A stretch of 64,000 bases of DNA from Lama guanicoe (lineage: Eukaryota): NCBI GenBank assembly GCA_013239625.1, contig MU053304.1:682001-746000 (forward strand), read 5' to 3'. Positions 1 to 11,799 of the stretch are shown piece by piece (positions within the stretch are counted from its first letter, which is position 1; every line of letters starts with the position of its first letter). The notes below the pieces were generated by a model. That model ran no database searches, had not been told where the DNA came from, and saw nothing but the letters and a program-made list of their open reading frames with translations. Both the position numbers and the translations under genes were made by a program.

Positions 1-500
1 CTTTCTCTCTCTCTTCTCTTTCTGGGACCCCTAAAATGCAAATATTAGTGCATTTCATGTTGTCCCAGAGTTCTCTTAAACTATCCTCATTTCTTTTTAC
101 TTTTTTCTGTTCTGCAGTAGTGATTTCCACTAATCTGTCTTCTAACTCACTGATCCGTTCTTCTGCCTCATTTAGTCTATTTTTGGTTCCTTCTAATGTG
201 TTATTCATTTCAGTGATTTTATTCTTCAACTTTGGGTATGCTTTATATTTTCCAGCTCTTTGCTAAAAACTTCGCTCTGCACATCTATTCTCCTCTTGAG
301 TTCTCTGAACATCTTTGTCATCGTTATTCTAAACTCTTTCTCGAATAAATTGCCTATCTCCTCATCACTTGTTTCTTCTTCTGGGATTTTATCTTGTGCC
401 TTGGCCTGGAAGATATTCCTCTGCCACATCATATTGCCTATCTTTTTATTTGTATTTTTAGGTAGGTTAATTATGTTTCTCAATCTTGTAGAAGTGCCTT
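1..500 (-). mobile_element. Old L1 LINE fragment (ORF1 N-terminal/coiled-coil region), truncated by window start
   Basis: Minus-strand ORF 226..504 reads EEIGNLFEKEFRITMTKMFRELKRRIDVQSEVFSKELENIK, typical of the L1 ORF1p N-terminus; plus strand is T-rich. Confidence 0.7.
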
Positions 501-714
501 TCAATAAGATGTTAAAACTCTATTCACGTAGTCATATGAGAATTATGTTTTCTTTTTTTTTGTTTCCTCCCTTTCATTTTTAAAGAAAAACTTGACTTAT
601 TCTTTTTCAAAAGTTTCCATATTAATCTTACATCTGCTTTAATTATATCAGCTTGCTAATTATATTTGTCTTTTCCTATATTAAACTTCTCATGGGTCTA
701 GCTATCTCAATGCT

Positions 715-1575
715 TTATTTTGTTTATTTATTTTATTGAAGTGTCATTGACCTATGACACTATATGAGTTCCAAGTGCACAGTATAGTGATTTAATGTTT
801 CTCTACATTACAAAATGACCACCACGATGTATCTAGTTACCTTTTGTCATTTTACAAAAGTACCATGATATTATTGACCATATTCCCATGCTCTGCATTT
901 CATCCCCATTACTTGTTTATTTTGTAACTGGAAGTTTGTGCCTCTTAATTTTCCTCATCTGTTTCTTTCCTCCCCCAACCTCCTCCCCTCTGGCAACCAC
1001 CAGTTTATTCTCTGTATTTATAAGTCTGTTCTGTTATGTTTGTTTTATTTATTTTATTTTTTTAGATCCCACATATAAGTGAAAACATACAGTATTTGTC
1101 TTTCTCTGTCTGACTTATTTCACATAGCATAATACCTTCTCTGTCCATCCATGTTGTCACAAATAGTAAGATTTCATTCTTATTTATGATTGAGTACTAT
1201 GCCACTGTATGTATAGACCACATCTTCTTTACTCATCTGTCAATGGGCATTTAGGTTCTTTACATATGTTGGCTATTGTAAATAATGCTTCAGTGAACTC
1301 AGGGATGTATATATCTTTTCAAATTGGTGTTTTTGTTTTCTTTGGAAAAATACCCAGAAGTGGAATTGCTAGACTATATGGTACTTCTATTTCTAATTTT
1401 TAAAGGAACCTCTATACTGTTTTCCATAGTGGCTGCACCAATTTACATTCCCATCAACAATGCACAAGGGTTTATTTTTCTCCACACCCTTGCCAACACT
1501 TTTATTTAGTGTCTCTTTGATAACAGCCATTCTGACAGATATGAGGTGATACCTCACTGTGATTTTGATTTGTCA
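715..1575 (-). mobile_element. L1 3' end (ORF2 C-terminus + 3'UTR), degenerate
   Basis: Antisense L1 motifs: tttttagatcccacatataagtga, gtctgacttatttcac, ggctgcaccaatttacattcccatcaaca, agccattctgacagatatgaggtgatacctcac; T-rich tail at about 715-740. Confidence 0.85.
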
Positions 1576-2349
1576 ATATTTAGATTTATTTATTAATGCT
1601 ACTGCTTTCAAATTCATTAAATTCCACTTTCATCTTTATAATGCCTTTATTATTTCCTTTTTCTGGCATTAAGCTGGTCTGTTTTAAATTTCTCTCCCTG
1701 AAACTTTGAGTTGAAATATTAGTTCAATTATTTGTATTATTTTTTTCATAGATAATGAATGCATTTAAAGTGGTTAAATATTACAATGTTCAACTGCATT
1801 AGGGCCAAGGCCCAACATGTGACACCTTTGAAATCATAATGACATAAACTGGTGTTACCTTCATAGATATAATTATCCAGAATTTCTGATTTCAAAGCAA
1901 TCTACCATTACAGCTTTCATTTTCTCTTTGATGCACAGTTATTTAAAGAAAGAGGCTAGGATTATTGTCATTGTTCTTGTTGTTTACTTCTGTGCGTAAT
2001 TCCTGGTTTATTATCTCATGGACGTGGAGTTTGTCCTGTCCAGTTTCTGCTTTGGGGGCAACCTTGATGTTTTCTTCCTAATACACACATGCAGTAAAAG
2101 TTTCCTGTGTGAAAAGAAAGTAGGTGCTGCATGTGGTACAGAGTTTAATATGAAGCTTTGATTCAAACTTATTCATGATAGTGTTGGGTCTTTGACGTCT
2201 TTTATTTTTGTCAATGAAATCTATGCTGAGTTGACTAAATAACATGTTAAAGACTCACTACTTTTGTGTTTCTGGCAACAGCTCCTTGTTTTCCTATCAT
2301 TTTTTTTTCTGTTTTGTTTGTTGTTTTAAAAATAATATACCTATTACAC

Positions 2350-2790
2350 CACACTTCTATAGGTCAGAGGACAAGCACAGCATGGCCGGGCCCTTGGCTT
2401 AAGGTGTTGGCCTTACGCTCTCCTGCGACTCAGGCTCCTCTTCCAAGCTCATTCCTGTTATTGGTAGAATTCAGTTTCTTGCAGATGTAGGACTGGAGTT
2501 CCTACTTCCTTGCTGGCTGCCAACCAGGGTCTGTTCTCAGCTTCTAGAAGCTGTCTTCACTCTTTGCCACTTGGTCCCCTCCCTCTTCAAGTCAGCAATA
2601 GCACGTGGAATCCTTCTTCTGCTTTGAACCTCTCCAACTTCTGCTGACAGGAGAAAGCTCTCTGCTGTTAAGGGCTCATGGGATTAGATCAGGCCTCCTC
2701 AGATAATCTCCATATTTTAAGGTCCACTGTGCCATCGAAAGCAATGTAGTTATAGGAGTGATACCTCATCAAATCTGAAGCGGGACATCT
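2350..2790 (-). mobile_element. MaLR (MLT1-like) LTR fragment
   Basis: Motifs ccaagctcattc...ggtagaattcagtttcttgcag and aagggctcatgggattagatcaggcc...ataatctccatattttaagg resemble antisense MLT1 LTRs; boundaries approximate. Confidence 0.6.
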
Positions 2791-2959
2791 TTAGAGGATG
2801 TTAAATGTATTCTAATGCACAATGGCTCGTAAGTCTTTATTATAAAAGATATATTTTATCATTAACTTTATTTTTTAAAGTGCCAAACAACATAGCTTCA
2901 AATTACACAAAATAAATCCAGCAAGAATGTTTGACTAGGTCTCAGTGTGCTGGGCTGTC

Positions 2960-3325
2960 TGCTTTGAGTCTGGTTTGTCAACCAGCAGCCAGTTTTAGTT
3001 AACTGCAGGCAGCAATGGTCAGCTGTTTCCAGACCTGCCTCAAAGTCTTCCAGACGTTATGCATGGGTTCAGTGTGGTAGTCAACGTGCAGCTTTTGCAG
3101 CCTGGCTGCTTGAGTGCAGATCTCAGCCCATTACTCTCAGCCAGGTGGCTCCAGCAAGTGGGGAACTACCCTATGTCTCTATCCGGATAAGCAGCTGTAT
3201 CAGACCAACCTTGCAGGTGGCTGCCCTTGGCCTTTCACTCATGTAAGCCAACAAATCACTTTCAAAGTCTGAACCAGTTTGAGCTGAATTTTATGTCTTT
3301 TGCAACCAAACCTATCTAAGCAATG
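2960..3325 (+). mobile_element. Probable old MaLR/ERVL LTR fragment
   Basis: Ends with ccagtttgagctgaattttatgtcttttgcaacc, similar to 3' ends of old MLT1 LTRs; highly diverged. Confidence 0.4.
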
Positions 3326-3889
3326 TTGGTTATATATTAGCTTTTACAGAAGATGGATTATTGTATCATTTGTCTAGGAGATCTTAGATATCAAACAATT
3401 ACAGGGACGGCAGACCGTTTCCAGACACCTAAGGCCTTCTTTCTGACATCAGAAGGCCTCTGAGGGTGGGCTGGCCAAGGTGATTTCTGTCAAGAGGCTG
3501 TACCCATTTCCTTAGTGGGTAAAACAAGAATTATTCCTCCTTCCCCTGCAAGAGGCCCCCTGAGGTGGCCTTCAAGGCCTCAAAGCCACCTTGCTCCCTC
3601 CAAGACCACAATGTCTGTCCGAATTTGGCACATGTCTATTTCCTGAACTTTACCCCTCCACTCAGTGATTAAGCTCTCATGGTAGAAAGACTTCCTTATA
3701 CAGATAAGCAAAAAGAAAGGGATAAAATCCCTGGCATCCCACTACCAGGAAACAATTTCTATTAAATAGGTTGGTGTGGAGAATTCCAGCATTTTTGAGG
3801 CACACATGCCCTTGGGTATCGAGGATACCTTGGGGTGCAAGTATTGCAAGTTACAAATTTAATGGCTTCCTCCCTATGGTCACGACGTC

Positions 3890-4560
3890 CAGTGTGGTCA
3901 GCTGGGGGCGCTCCCCGCCCTCTCCTGGGATAGCTCAGGTCCCTCGGAGGCCTCCCGCCCTCTGGCCCCGCCTCGCGCCCCGGATCTTCGCGGGGCCCCG
4001 CCCGCAGCCAGCGGCTGCGGAGCCGGCGCAGAGGGGCCTGCGGGCCGCGCTGCCCTCCGCCCGGGCCAGCGGGTAGGTCTCGCCAGGAGGTTCCACGCTC
4101 CCCACCTCCTGCCCAGGCCCCTAGGTTCCAGCCGATTCCACCACCACCCACCCCTGCCTCCTCCACCTCCGACGGCAAAGCTCGACTGTCCCCTCTAAAG
4201 CGGAGGTGGTTCGGCGATGGCCTCTGGGTCGCAGGCTGGGCTGACCGCCCTCCGAGGTCCTCACCCGCCAGCAACTCCGTTCTGCTCTGTGATTGCGAGC
4301 CCTTGGGGGGCACTGTCCAGCCTGGGGCGGGGGCAGGAATTCCGGGCATATTTGTTAGATTTCGGCGCCACAGAAAGACAAAGCGCGAGGAGATTTCTAA
4401 TCGGTCACCTGCTGCACTGCAGGGTCTGTTAATCCCCGCGGCCCGAGTCACCTGGACTAGCGCCCACCCCCGAGGTTCGGGTGGAACCCGCCTGGGTCGG
4501 GGCCTGGACGCAAGCATTTTTTCAAAGCTCCCCGGGGGGCTTTTCAACGAGCAGCGGGTC
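3890..4560. promoter_or_regulatory. CpG island not associated with a recognisable coding gene
   Basis: Abrupt high GC and dense CpG (e.g. 3960-4075) in otherwise CpG-poor flanks; GC box ggggcggggg at about 4324. Confidence 0.7.
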
Positions 4561-6039
4561 TGAGCCCTGTAGGAAAGGACTGAGGTCTAGGCTCACCTAG
4601 AAGGTGTAAAATTTATTCCAAGATGTCAGTTTTGTGTCAGAAATAAATGCAAAAATTGCATTCTTCTCTAATGTCTGTGTTCGTTTCGATATAAAAGCAA
4701 TTGTAAAAGATAATTTTCAGGAAAAGGAAACTTGTCAAAAAGCACACATTTATATGGAGTGAAGGAATTGAATTGCAAACGGAGGCAAAACTGGTTTTTC
4801 CACAGGGCAGAGAGACGCGGATGGAAGCTCTGCAGGACCAGACTAGTGCTTGCATAGCCATCAGTGCCTGCAGTTTTGAAAAAGGTGCAAAATAGCTCAA
4901 AGATCATGAACTGGGCTAGAAGCAGACAGCATAGAGGTTGTGCTTTAAAAAATGCACAGTGTTTCAGAAGTGTTTCTTCACAGTAATTTAAGAAACCATC
5001 TGGAAAAATTCTTTGTTACAGTGTTAATACTGCTGGGGTCCCCCAAACCCAAAATACCCAATTTCCAGTCACTCATGAGATAGAACATTTTTCTACTCTC
5101 TGGGCTTTGGGGCAAACCCCCCAAATACGCATGGAAGTTACTGTTACAGATAAAGGCAGGGGTTTGAATCTTTTGGGAGATGGTAGGGCGAGGATTTAGG
5201 AGCAGAGACCTGGGTTCAGGTCACGCAATAGCTGTGGGACCCCTCTTTTGGGAGCCTCCATTTCTTCGCTTGACTGCGGTAGATCACAGGGTTCCAGAAG
5301 CTTCCCGCCCTGCTCCTGCTCAGCTTAGGTGGACAGAGTAAATCTCCTCAGTACAGGCTTTTCTTTGTTAAGGGTTCGGTTCTTTGAGTGGTCTCCTTTA
5401 GTTATGTAAATGCGGCCAAGTGGGCACCAATTTCCTGGCTGAAGGCGCAGAAGGGATCTTCTGTTGCCTGACAAAGCTATGCTTCTCAAGGCTTCTAGGG
5501 ATGCAGAGCTGGTAGCAGGGGAAGTATCTTGCACTCCAAGCTCAGGGCCTTTGGGGAGGAAAGGGCTTGAGACCACCCCTCAACCCCCAACCTGTTCCTC
5601 AGGATCCGGTTGAAAATTGACTAGAATTTACTGTCAGGAAAGGCCTAGAAAGTTGCTTTCCGGGGACAAAGAGAACCTGAATTTGTGGGTTTCCCCAGAA
5701 GACTGTGTAATCCACTGGGAGTCATAGGACCGAGCACCCCTAAGTTCCTCTTCTGCTTTTGGGGGAAAGGTGGCTGTGCTGGCGAGGGCGGTTCAGAGAA
5801 GCATCACTCTGGGTCTGAGGTGTGGGCCCTGCTGCAGCCTCTGCCAGGAAGATAGCACTGCAGCACCCACAGGGCTGGGTGGGGTTCCACAGTGTCACCG
5901 TGTCGCCATGTCAGGGAAGAGGCAACAGCTGAGGAGGGTAGCTCAGACTTTCCAGAGAACACACTTTACACTAAGGAAGCCCTTGAAGTTCCAGGCAGTT
6001 TAGGAGTGAGTGGGCTCCAAAAGGAAGAGGTAGGATTTT

Positions 6040-6260
6040 TGTAGGGAGGAAAGATAATTTTCCCTCTACCCTTCTAGGTTCTTGGCTGAGACCCTTCCCT
6101 ATAATAAAAGATTAAAAGGGAAAAGCAAACAGAAATTTAATAACATGTGTACCTCCTAGATGCATGGAAGATATCCAGGAAAACTCTCTGAAGTGACCCA
6201 AGCTGCCACCTGAAATACCATTGTCAGTTGAAGACCAAAGAAACGTGGTGGTGGGAGCAT
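6040..6260. mobile_element. ERV1-like LTR fragment
   Basis: Starts tgtagggaggaaagataattttccctctacccttctaggttcttggctgagaccc, resembling ungulate/carnivore LTR ends; AT-rich block in GC-rich context. Confidence 0.4.
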
Positions 6261-7851
6261 CAGGACACCCCACCCGGCCCCTCCCATCTCCGGCACTGTC
6301 CACCCAGGCAGCTGGCTACGATGACGCCCTGAATTTTTGCACTTCTGGGTGTCGCATGTGTCCCTGGCCTGGACTGTCCCTCCTTGCCTTTTCACCACAG
6401 GCAAGTGCCCACTCCTTTAAGACACAGGCGAACTGTCAGGCCCAGGCCTGAAGGCTGCTCCCGCCCTTGTGCTAGGGCCTTCCTCCCTTCCTTCTTGTGT
6501 GCTAATGCTGGCGCCTCACCCCTTACCCAGCCCTCTCTGCCAGCCCAGCCTGGGCCCCTGAGGTCTGAAACAGAGTCAGGAGCAAGGGCCCCGGAGGGGC
6601 AGAGACTGAGGAAGTTCCCAGGCTGGCAGTCTGCTGCTGCCACTGAGAGCTCCCCGTCCGTGGGGCCCAGCTGGAGACAGAAGGAGCCCAGAGGAAGGGT
6701 TGTGAATCCAGGGCTTCTGCTTCTTGTCCCTCTGCTCTCAGGATCAAGTCTGAACAGCCTCCTGCAACCCAGAGGCCTGAGGTTCCCAGCAGCCTTCCCT
6801 TCTGACAAGCCTGCTCTGCTGCCTTCTACCCACCTCCACCCCCACCGTGGAGGAGCTCCTGTCCTAAGGTCTCTGGCCTCCCTCCCCTCGTCCTGCCCAC
6901 CCTTCCTTCAGGTGGCAGCTGAGCACAAAGCCTGCCTCTTGACCCCCACCCAGGCCCTGGGTCCAGTGGCACTTCCACCTCATCTCCTGGCTCTTGCCCT
7001 CACTGCACTGAGCTCTGAGAAGGCAGAGGCCCCAGTATCCCACCCGGCTTTCTGTCGCCCCTGGCTTCATTGGGTAAGTGATGGACAAACAGTGCCGACG
7101 ACCTGTGTGGTCACAAGGCCCCACCTCAGAAAGGCCCTGTGCTTGGTTTCACTCTTCTGTGGCCCTCTTGAAATTCTTAACAGTCTAAGATGCTGTGTTA
7201 TATTAGGATCCAGCCACTCCTACCACTCACCTGGAGGAGAGGCCTAGCGTGGACATTAATAAGTGACTCTCTTGGGGCATCTGACCTACTGGGTGCAGGC
7301 TGGGAGCTACTGGCTTGCTTATTACAGCCCTAATGCCCCTTCTGGGGGTGGTTGCCCTCGCCACCCTGGAAGTAAGCAGTTTAAACCAAGGTTCCCTGCA
7401 CAGTGCAGTCCCCACAACAGCAGACCCCACAGAGCTGTTTTGATGCTTCTGGTCAACCTTATCAGCTCTAGGTTGGCTGAAGGAACATCAGGAAGCCCAG
7501 CAGCCCCAGCATGCCCCACCCACCCCCACTCGCTGAAACACCAGCCTCAGGGGCAGCTCTGGCCTCCCCGCCCCACCCCCAGGAGAAAGCTGTTGGCTGT
7601 AGGTCTCTTGCACGCCCACCCCCAACAGCCCCCAACAGGGGGCGTCTTTCTTGACTTTGCCCCTTGTGGCCTCTGCTTTCATCCTGGCTCTCACCTCCCT
7701 CTAAGGCCCGTCAAAGGGTCCTTGTGTACCCACCAGCCAAGAACAAGGAACAAGCTATGTCTTCAGAGATATCCAGCAATTTTGGCCCCACACAGACCCT
7801 CCGATGTAAATGGCAACAGGAACTTTGACACCACAAGAAAACCAGTCCCCT

Positions 7852-7857
7852 TTTATT
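7852..7857 (-). terminator. B3GNT7: B3GNT7 polyadenylation signal AATAAA
   Basis: tttatt on + = AATAAA on -, about 1.24 kb after the stop, followed by a GU/U-rich element (ggttttcttgtggtgtc). Confidence 0.7.
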
Positions 7858-9095
7858 GAGAAAATAGAGTTGATCATTCAATCTTTTTCCAGGTGACTCC
7901 ATCCTAAAGGAGGTGGCATCCTTCTGCAGCCACCCCAAGGACCCCTGAGCCTGAGTTGGGTGGCCCATGAAGGCCACTCCAGTCCTTCACAGGGGCAAAT
8001 GCTGGTCTGCTCAGGCTCTAGAGAAGTAGGCGTGCAGGTTGGGCAGGGTTCTGGAGGGGGGCTATGATGGGCATGGGGGTGCCCAGGGTAGAGGGGGGGC
8101 TGGGGGGGCAGGAGTGGCCGGGCCACGTGGTGTCTTGCTGAAATGAAGGAAGGGAAGGGATGAACATCACCAGCTCCCGAGGCCTGGCACCGTCTCCCTC
8201 CAAATTCTTCATAAATAAAACTTCACAGTAATAGAGGAATGTCCACTTCCAGGGTCAAACGGGCTGGTTTCTGGCTGGGGAGCCAGGCCTCCACGGGGCT
8301 GCAGGAGGGCCCTCGACCTGGGCTGGTTGGGCAGCACCGTGAGCGCCGGGGCCAGAGCGCTGCCCCCTGGCCCTGCGTCAGGGGTGAGGTGGGGCAGCAG
8401 CCCATCAGGAGGTTCTGAGGATCGCTGAGGTAGTCAGAGCGGCGGGTTGTGCTTCCAGACGGGGCGTCACAGGACGCAGCCAGGAGTGAGGCCACCTGGG
8501 GGTAGAGACTGGGCAGCCAACTCCAGATAGGTCTGGGAGGGGGTGTGTGTGCTGAGGACCTTCTGGGGCTCGGTCCCCAGGAGACCTAGGGGTGTAGGGG
8601 GGCCTGTGAGCCTGCACAGGGTCGAGCCTCTCCTGAAGGGGCACCTCGGGCCCGTGGGGAGACAGGCATTTCACAGAAGGAGAATCTTCTCGGTGAAAAC
8701 AAGAGGGCAGCCACAGACCCATCCAGGGCCAGGCCTAGCCCAGGTACCTGAGCACAGGGTTCCTTCAGAGGCCACCAGGGCCTCCCACCAGGTCAGAGGG
8801 AGCCAGGCAACCCACTCAGGTTAGGAAGGTGGCCAGCAGCCAGGGGCCTTGCTCCCCAGAGGACCTTCTCCGGTCTGGGCAGATCCAAACGTTCCCGGGC
8901 CTCAGCTCCACTTTCTGGAGAGGGTCCCCTAGGGAGGACCCCTCTGGCTACCTGCACTCTACCACACCTAGGGGCGTATAAGGCCCAAGCCTTCCACCTC
9001 CCTGCAGGGGACCTGCTGTGCCCTGGCACGGCAGCCCCATGATTTGCGGGGCTCAAGGGCACAAGCTCTAGCCTATCTTGGCGGCCTGGCCGGGG

Positions 9096-10290
9096 TCAGA
9101 GCACCTGGAGCTTGCGGGAGCAGGTGAGGTTGCCATGCACTAGCCCCCACATGGCCAGCAGCTCCGTGGGCAGCAGCTTGTGCACGACAAGCATGGAGCG
9201 GAAGAAGCAGGGCTCTTTGTTCATGCGGCTGTTGCGGTTCCTTGAGATGCCGAAAGTCTTGAAGCCCTCGTGGGCCGTGGGCCGCACACCCAGCACCTCC
9301 AGGCACATGCCCAGGAAGACGTCGTCAATGGGGTACAGCTCCAGGGTGTCGCAGGCGTGGTGCAGGCGCCGGGCCAGGCCCCCAGCCATTAGGAAGCCCC
9401 CTCCGCCTGCGTATGGCGGGTAGCTGGCCTGGCTGTACAGGACCCCGGGGATGTAGTATTTGTTATCCTTCCTGCGGATGGGCCGAGCGTGCTGCAGGAC
9501 GTCGCCCACGAACAGGTCTTCCTGTGGCCGCCGGTCAGCCAGAAATTCCAGCAGGTTGGTGGGGTGGACAAAGACGTCGTCGTCGCCCTTGAAGATGAAG
9601 CGGACATTGGGGCAGTAGATGTCAAGCCACTTGAGGAAGTGGATCTCCTTGAGGGTCAGGTTGAAGAAGCTGTCGAGAAAGTCCCACTGCAGGATGTCAC
9701 CGTAGATGCGGTCCTCGTAGGCCAGCAGCTGCTGGTAGTGGGCCCGCTCCTCCTGCTTGGAGGCTGTGCCCAGCAGGAAGAGGGTGCGCACGGCGCCGCG
9801 GCCCCTACCCGCTGACTCCTGCTCGTGGCCCCAGGTCTGGCGGATGGCTTCGCGGCGGTCATGCTGTGTGATGATGGACTTGACAACCACCAGCAGGTAG
9901 ACGTCGCCATTGCACTTCTCTGGATGGTTCAGCAGTATGGGGAAGTATCGGCAGTGGCGATAGAACAGAAACTGCTGGAAGTGTGGCTCCAGGCCCTGGA
10001 ACCAGGGCTGGTGTGTCAAGTTTATATTGGCTGAGCAGTTAATGGTGGTCACGTCCCAGGCCTGGGGCCCCTGTGAAAACGTGGGTGCGGGGGTGACCAC
10101 ATCCTTTGGGTTCTTCCAGAAGTTGTCAGGGTTCAGCCGGTGTCCGCTTGGTTTTTGGGCCTTCTGTAGCCCTAAGGTGGGTGGTGGAGGCTCCTGCAGA
10201 AACTGGCTGGGGGTCAGACTGCGCTGGAATACTGTTACGGCCACAAGCAGGGCCAGGGACAGGCACACACTCTTGTAGATGGTTCTCTTC
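9096..10290 (-). CDS. B3GNT7: UDP-GlcNAc:betaGal beta-1,3-N-acetylglucosaminyltransferase 7, coding exon 2 (TM anchor, stem, GT31 catalytic domain)
   Basis: Acceptor ctatccccAG at 10292-10291. Encodes (W)[24 protein letters not shown]...[10 protein letters not shown]...FFNLTLKE...KGDDDVFV...YPPYAGGGG...[10 protein letters not shown]...CSRKLQVL*. With exon 1 it gives 401 aa, matching the human protein as I recall it. Confidence 0.97.
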
Positions 10291-10479
10291 CTGGGGATAG
10301 GGGTGAGGTGGGGAGAGGATGGTACAGAGAAGAGAATAAAGGATAAGTCCCTTTGTACAGAGGTACAGTCACAGATGGGCAAGTGGACTCTGGGCACAGG
10401 CTCAAGTCCCAGGCCTCCTGAGTGGTCAGAGGAGGGTCCTGCTTTCTCTCCCATCCTGACTTTTCTCCTCCAGGGCCAG

Positions 10480-10680
10480 AGGAGACACACAACACAGAGC
10501 CTGAGTCTAAGCACTCTGGAGCCAGATTGCTGGGATTCAAATTGTAGTCTAGCTACTTTCAAGCTAAATGGAGAGGTTGAGTGGATCTCCCTTAATCTCT
10601 CCAAGTCCTATTTCTTCTTTCCCAAAATAAGGATAACAACACAGGGTTGCAGTGCTATCTATAGTGCCTGGCCCACGGTG
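10480..10680 (+). mobile_element. MIR-like SINE in B3GNT7 intron
   Basis: gagccagattgctgggattcaaat...aaaataaggataac...atagtgcctggcccac resembles the MIR consensus. Confidence 0.55.
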
Positions 10681-11799
10681 GGTTTGGAGTCAGGGGACTG
10701 CTGTGATTCTACAAGGATGACCTCTGCTCTGCTCCCTGCTGCCTGCAAAGCACTTTGTTTGCTTTGTGCAAACCTGGTGAAACATTGGGGTGAGCTATTG
10801 GGAGGGGCAGAGACGGCATCTGCTCAAAAAGTGTGGGGGACATTGGGGAGCAGGCTTTAACTTGGGATCTGAAGAAGCCTGACCCTTCCCTGTACCCCAC
10901 ATCCATTTGACTTAACCAAAAAAAGAACAGCTCTCATGGCTGACAGAGGCCTGAAAACGGGGTGGGCACCTCCTAGCATGTCCAGTGCCTCCTCAGCCCT
11001 AGTCTGGGCCTCACTGGGAGAGGTGAAGTCCTGCAGTTCTGCTGCCTTGGGAGGGGGATAGTTGGACCCCTACTCTCCAGGGATCCTCATGCCCAGGTTA
11101 CCCTGCCACAGCCCTTTCGGAAGCAGAAATCAGAGCTTTTTGCCAAGAGGGCTGGCAGGGCCAGGGTCCTGAGTCCCTGGACCCTGGGACCCTCTCTCCT
11201 CAGCTCACACTCTGGAGGTAGCCAGGCTACCTGACTTGGTTTCTCCTGTGGAGACACAGGTGCTGAGGGCTCCAGGGAAAAGGCAGGCCAGAAAAGTGTG
11301 GCTTCACAGAGCCAGGCCAGCAGGGAGATGGCCCTGAATGCCCAGAGGGGAGATTCACGGCAATGGTATGGAGACTGCGAAGTTGTGAGACAGGGAGGTG
11401 GTGGAGAAGCCTTGGGTGGCCTCAGGACCAGCTGGTTGAGGGTGCAGGTACCCAGGGTCAGTGTAGGCTGAGCCCCATGGCGGGACATTTTTCCATGGGG
11501 TCCCAAGGTTTCCTGTGTATAGCGCTGGATCGAGATTGGATCACCTGAAGCGCTGGGGTTGGGGGGTAACCCAAGACCCTACCCTCCCAGCAGGGAGAAG
11601 GAGTGCTCTGGGGCCAGTTCTCCCGCCCTGGGAGTTTCCTGCGAAGTGTGCCACACTCCAGTTGGGCAGGCCAGACTGGAGGAAGTCCAGCGGGGGTCAC
11701 CCGGAGGAGGGGGAATTGGCATGCCCCTCCACCCCAGGCGGGTTCCACTTGCAATGCCCCACTCCATTTGTAGGAAAAAAGCCCCCAAGGGGAGGTGAG

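Noticed and set aside
3762..4547. 261-aa ORF across the orphan CpG island
   Set aside because: CpG-island stop depletion explains it; begins within a MER5-like repeat.
6384..7859. 287-aa and 198-aa plus-strand ORFs downstream of B3GNT7
   Set aside because: Non-ATG starts, low-complexity composition, no domain; likely spurious.
9112..10278. Several antisense and alternate-frame ORFs over B3GNT7 exon 2
   Set aside because: Shadow ORFs expected from high GC3 codon usage.
10291..10604. N-terminal part of the 502-aa ORF call
   Set aside because: Intronic: a proper acceptor sits at 10291-10292, the upstream exon supplies MSLW, and the extension overlaps a MIR.
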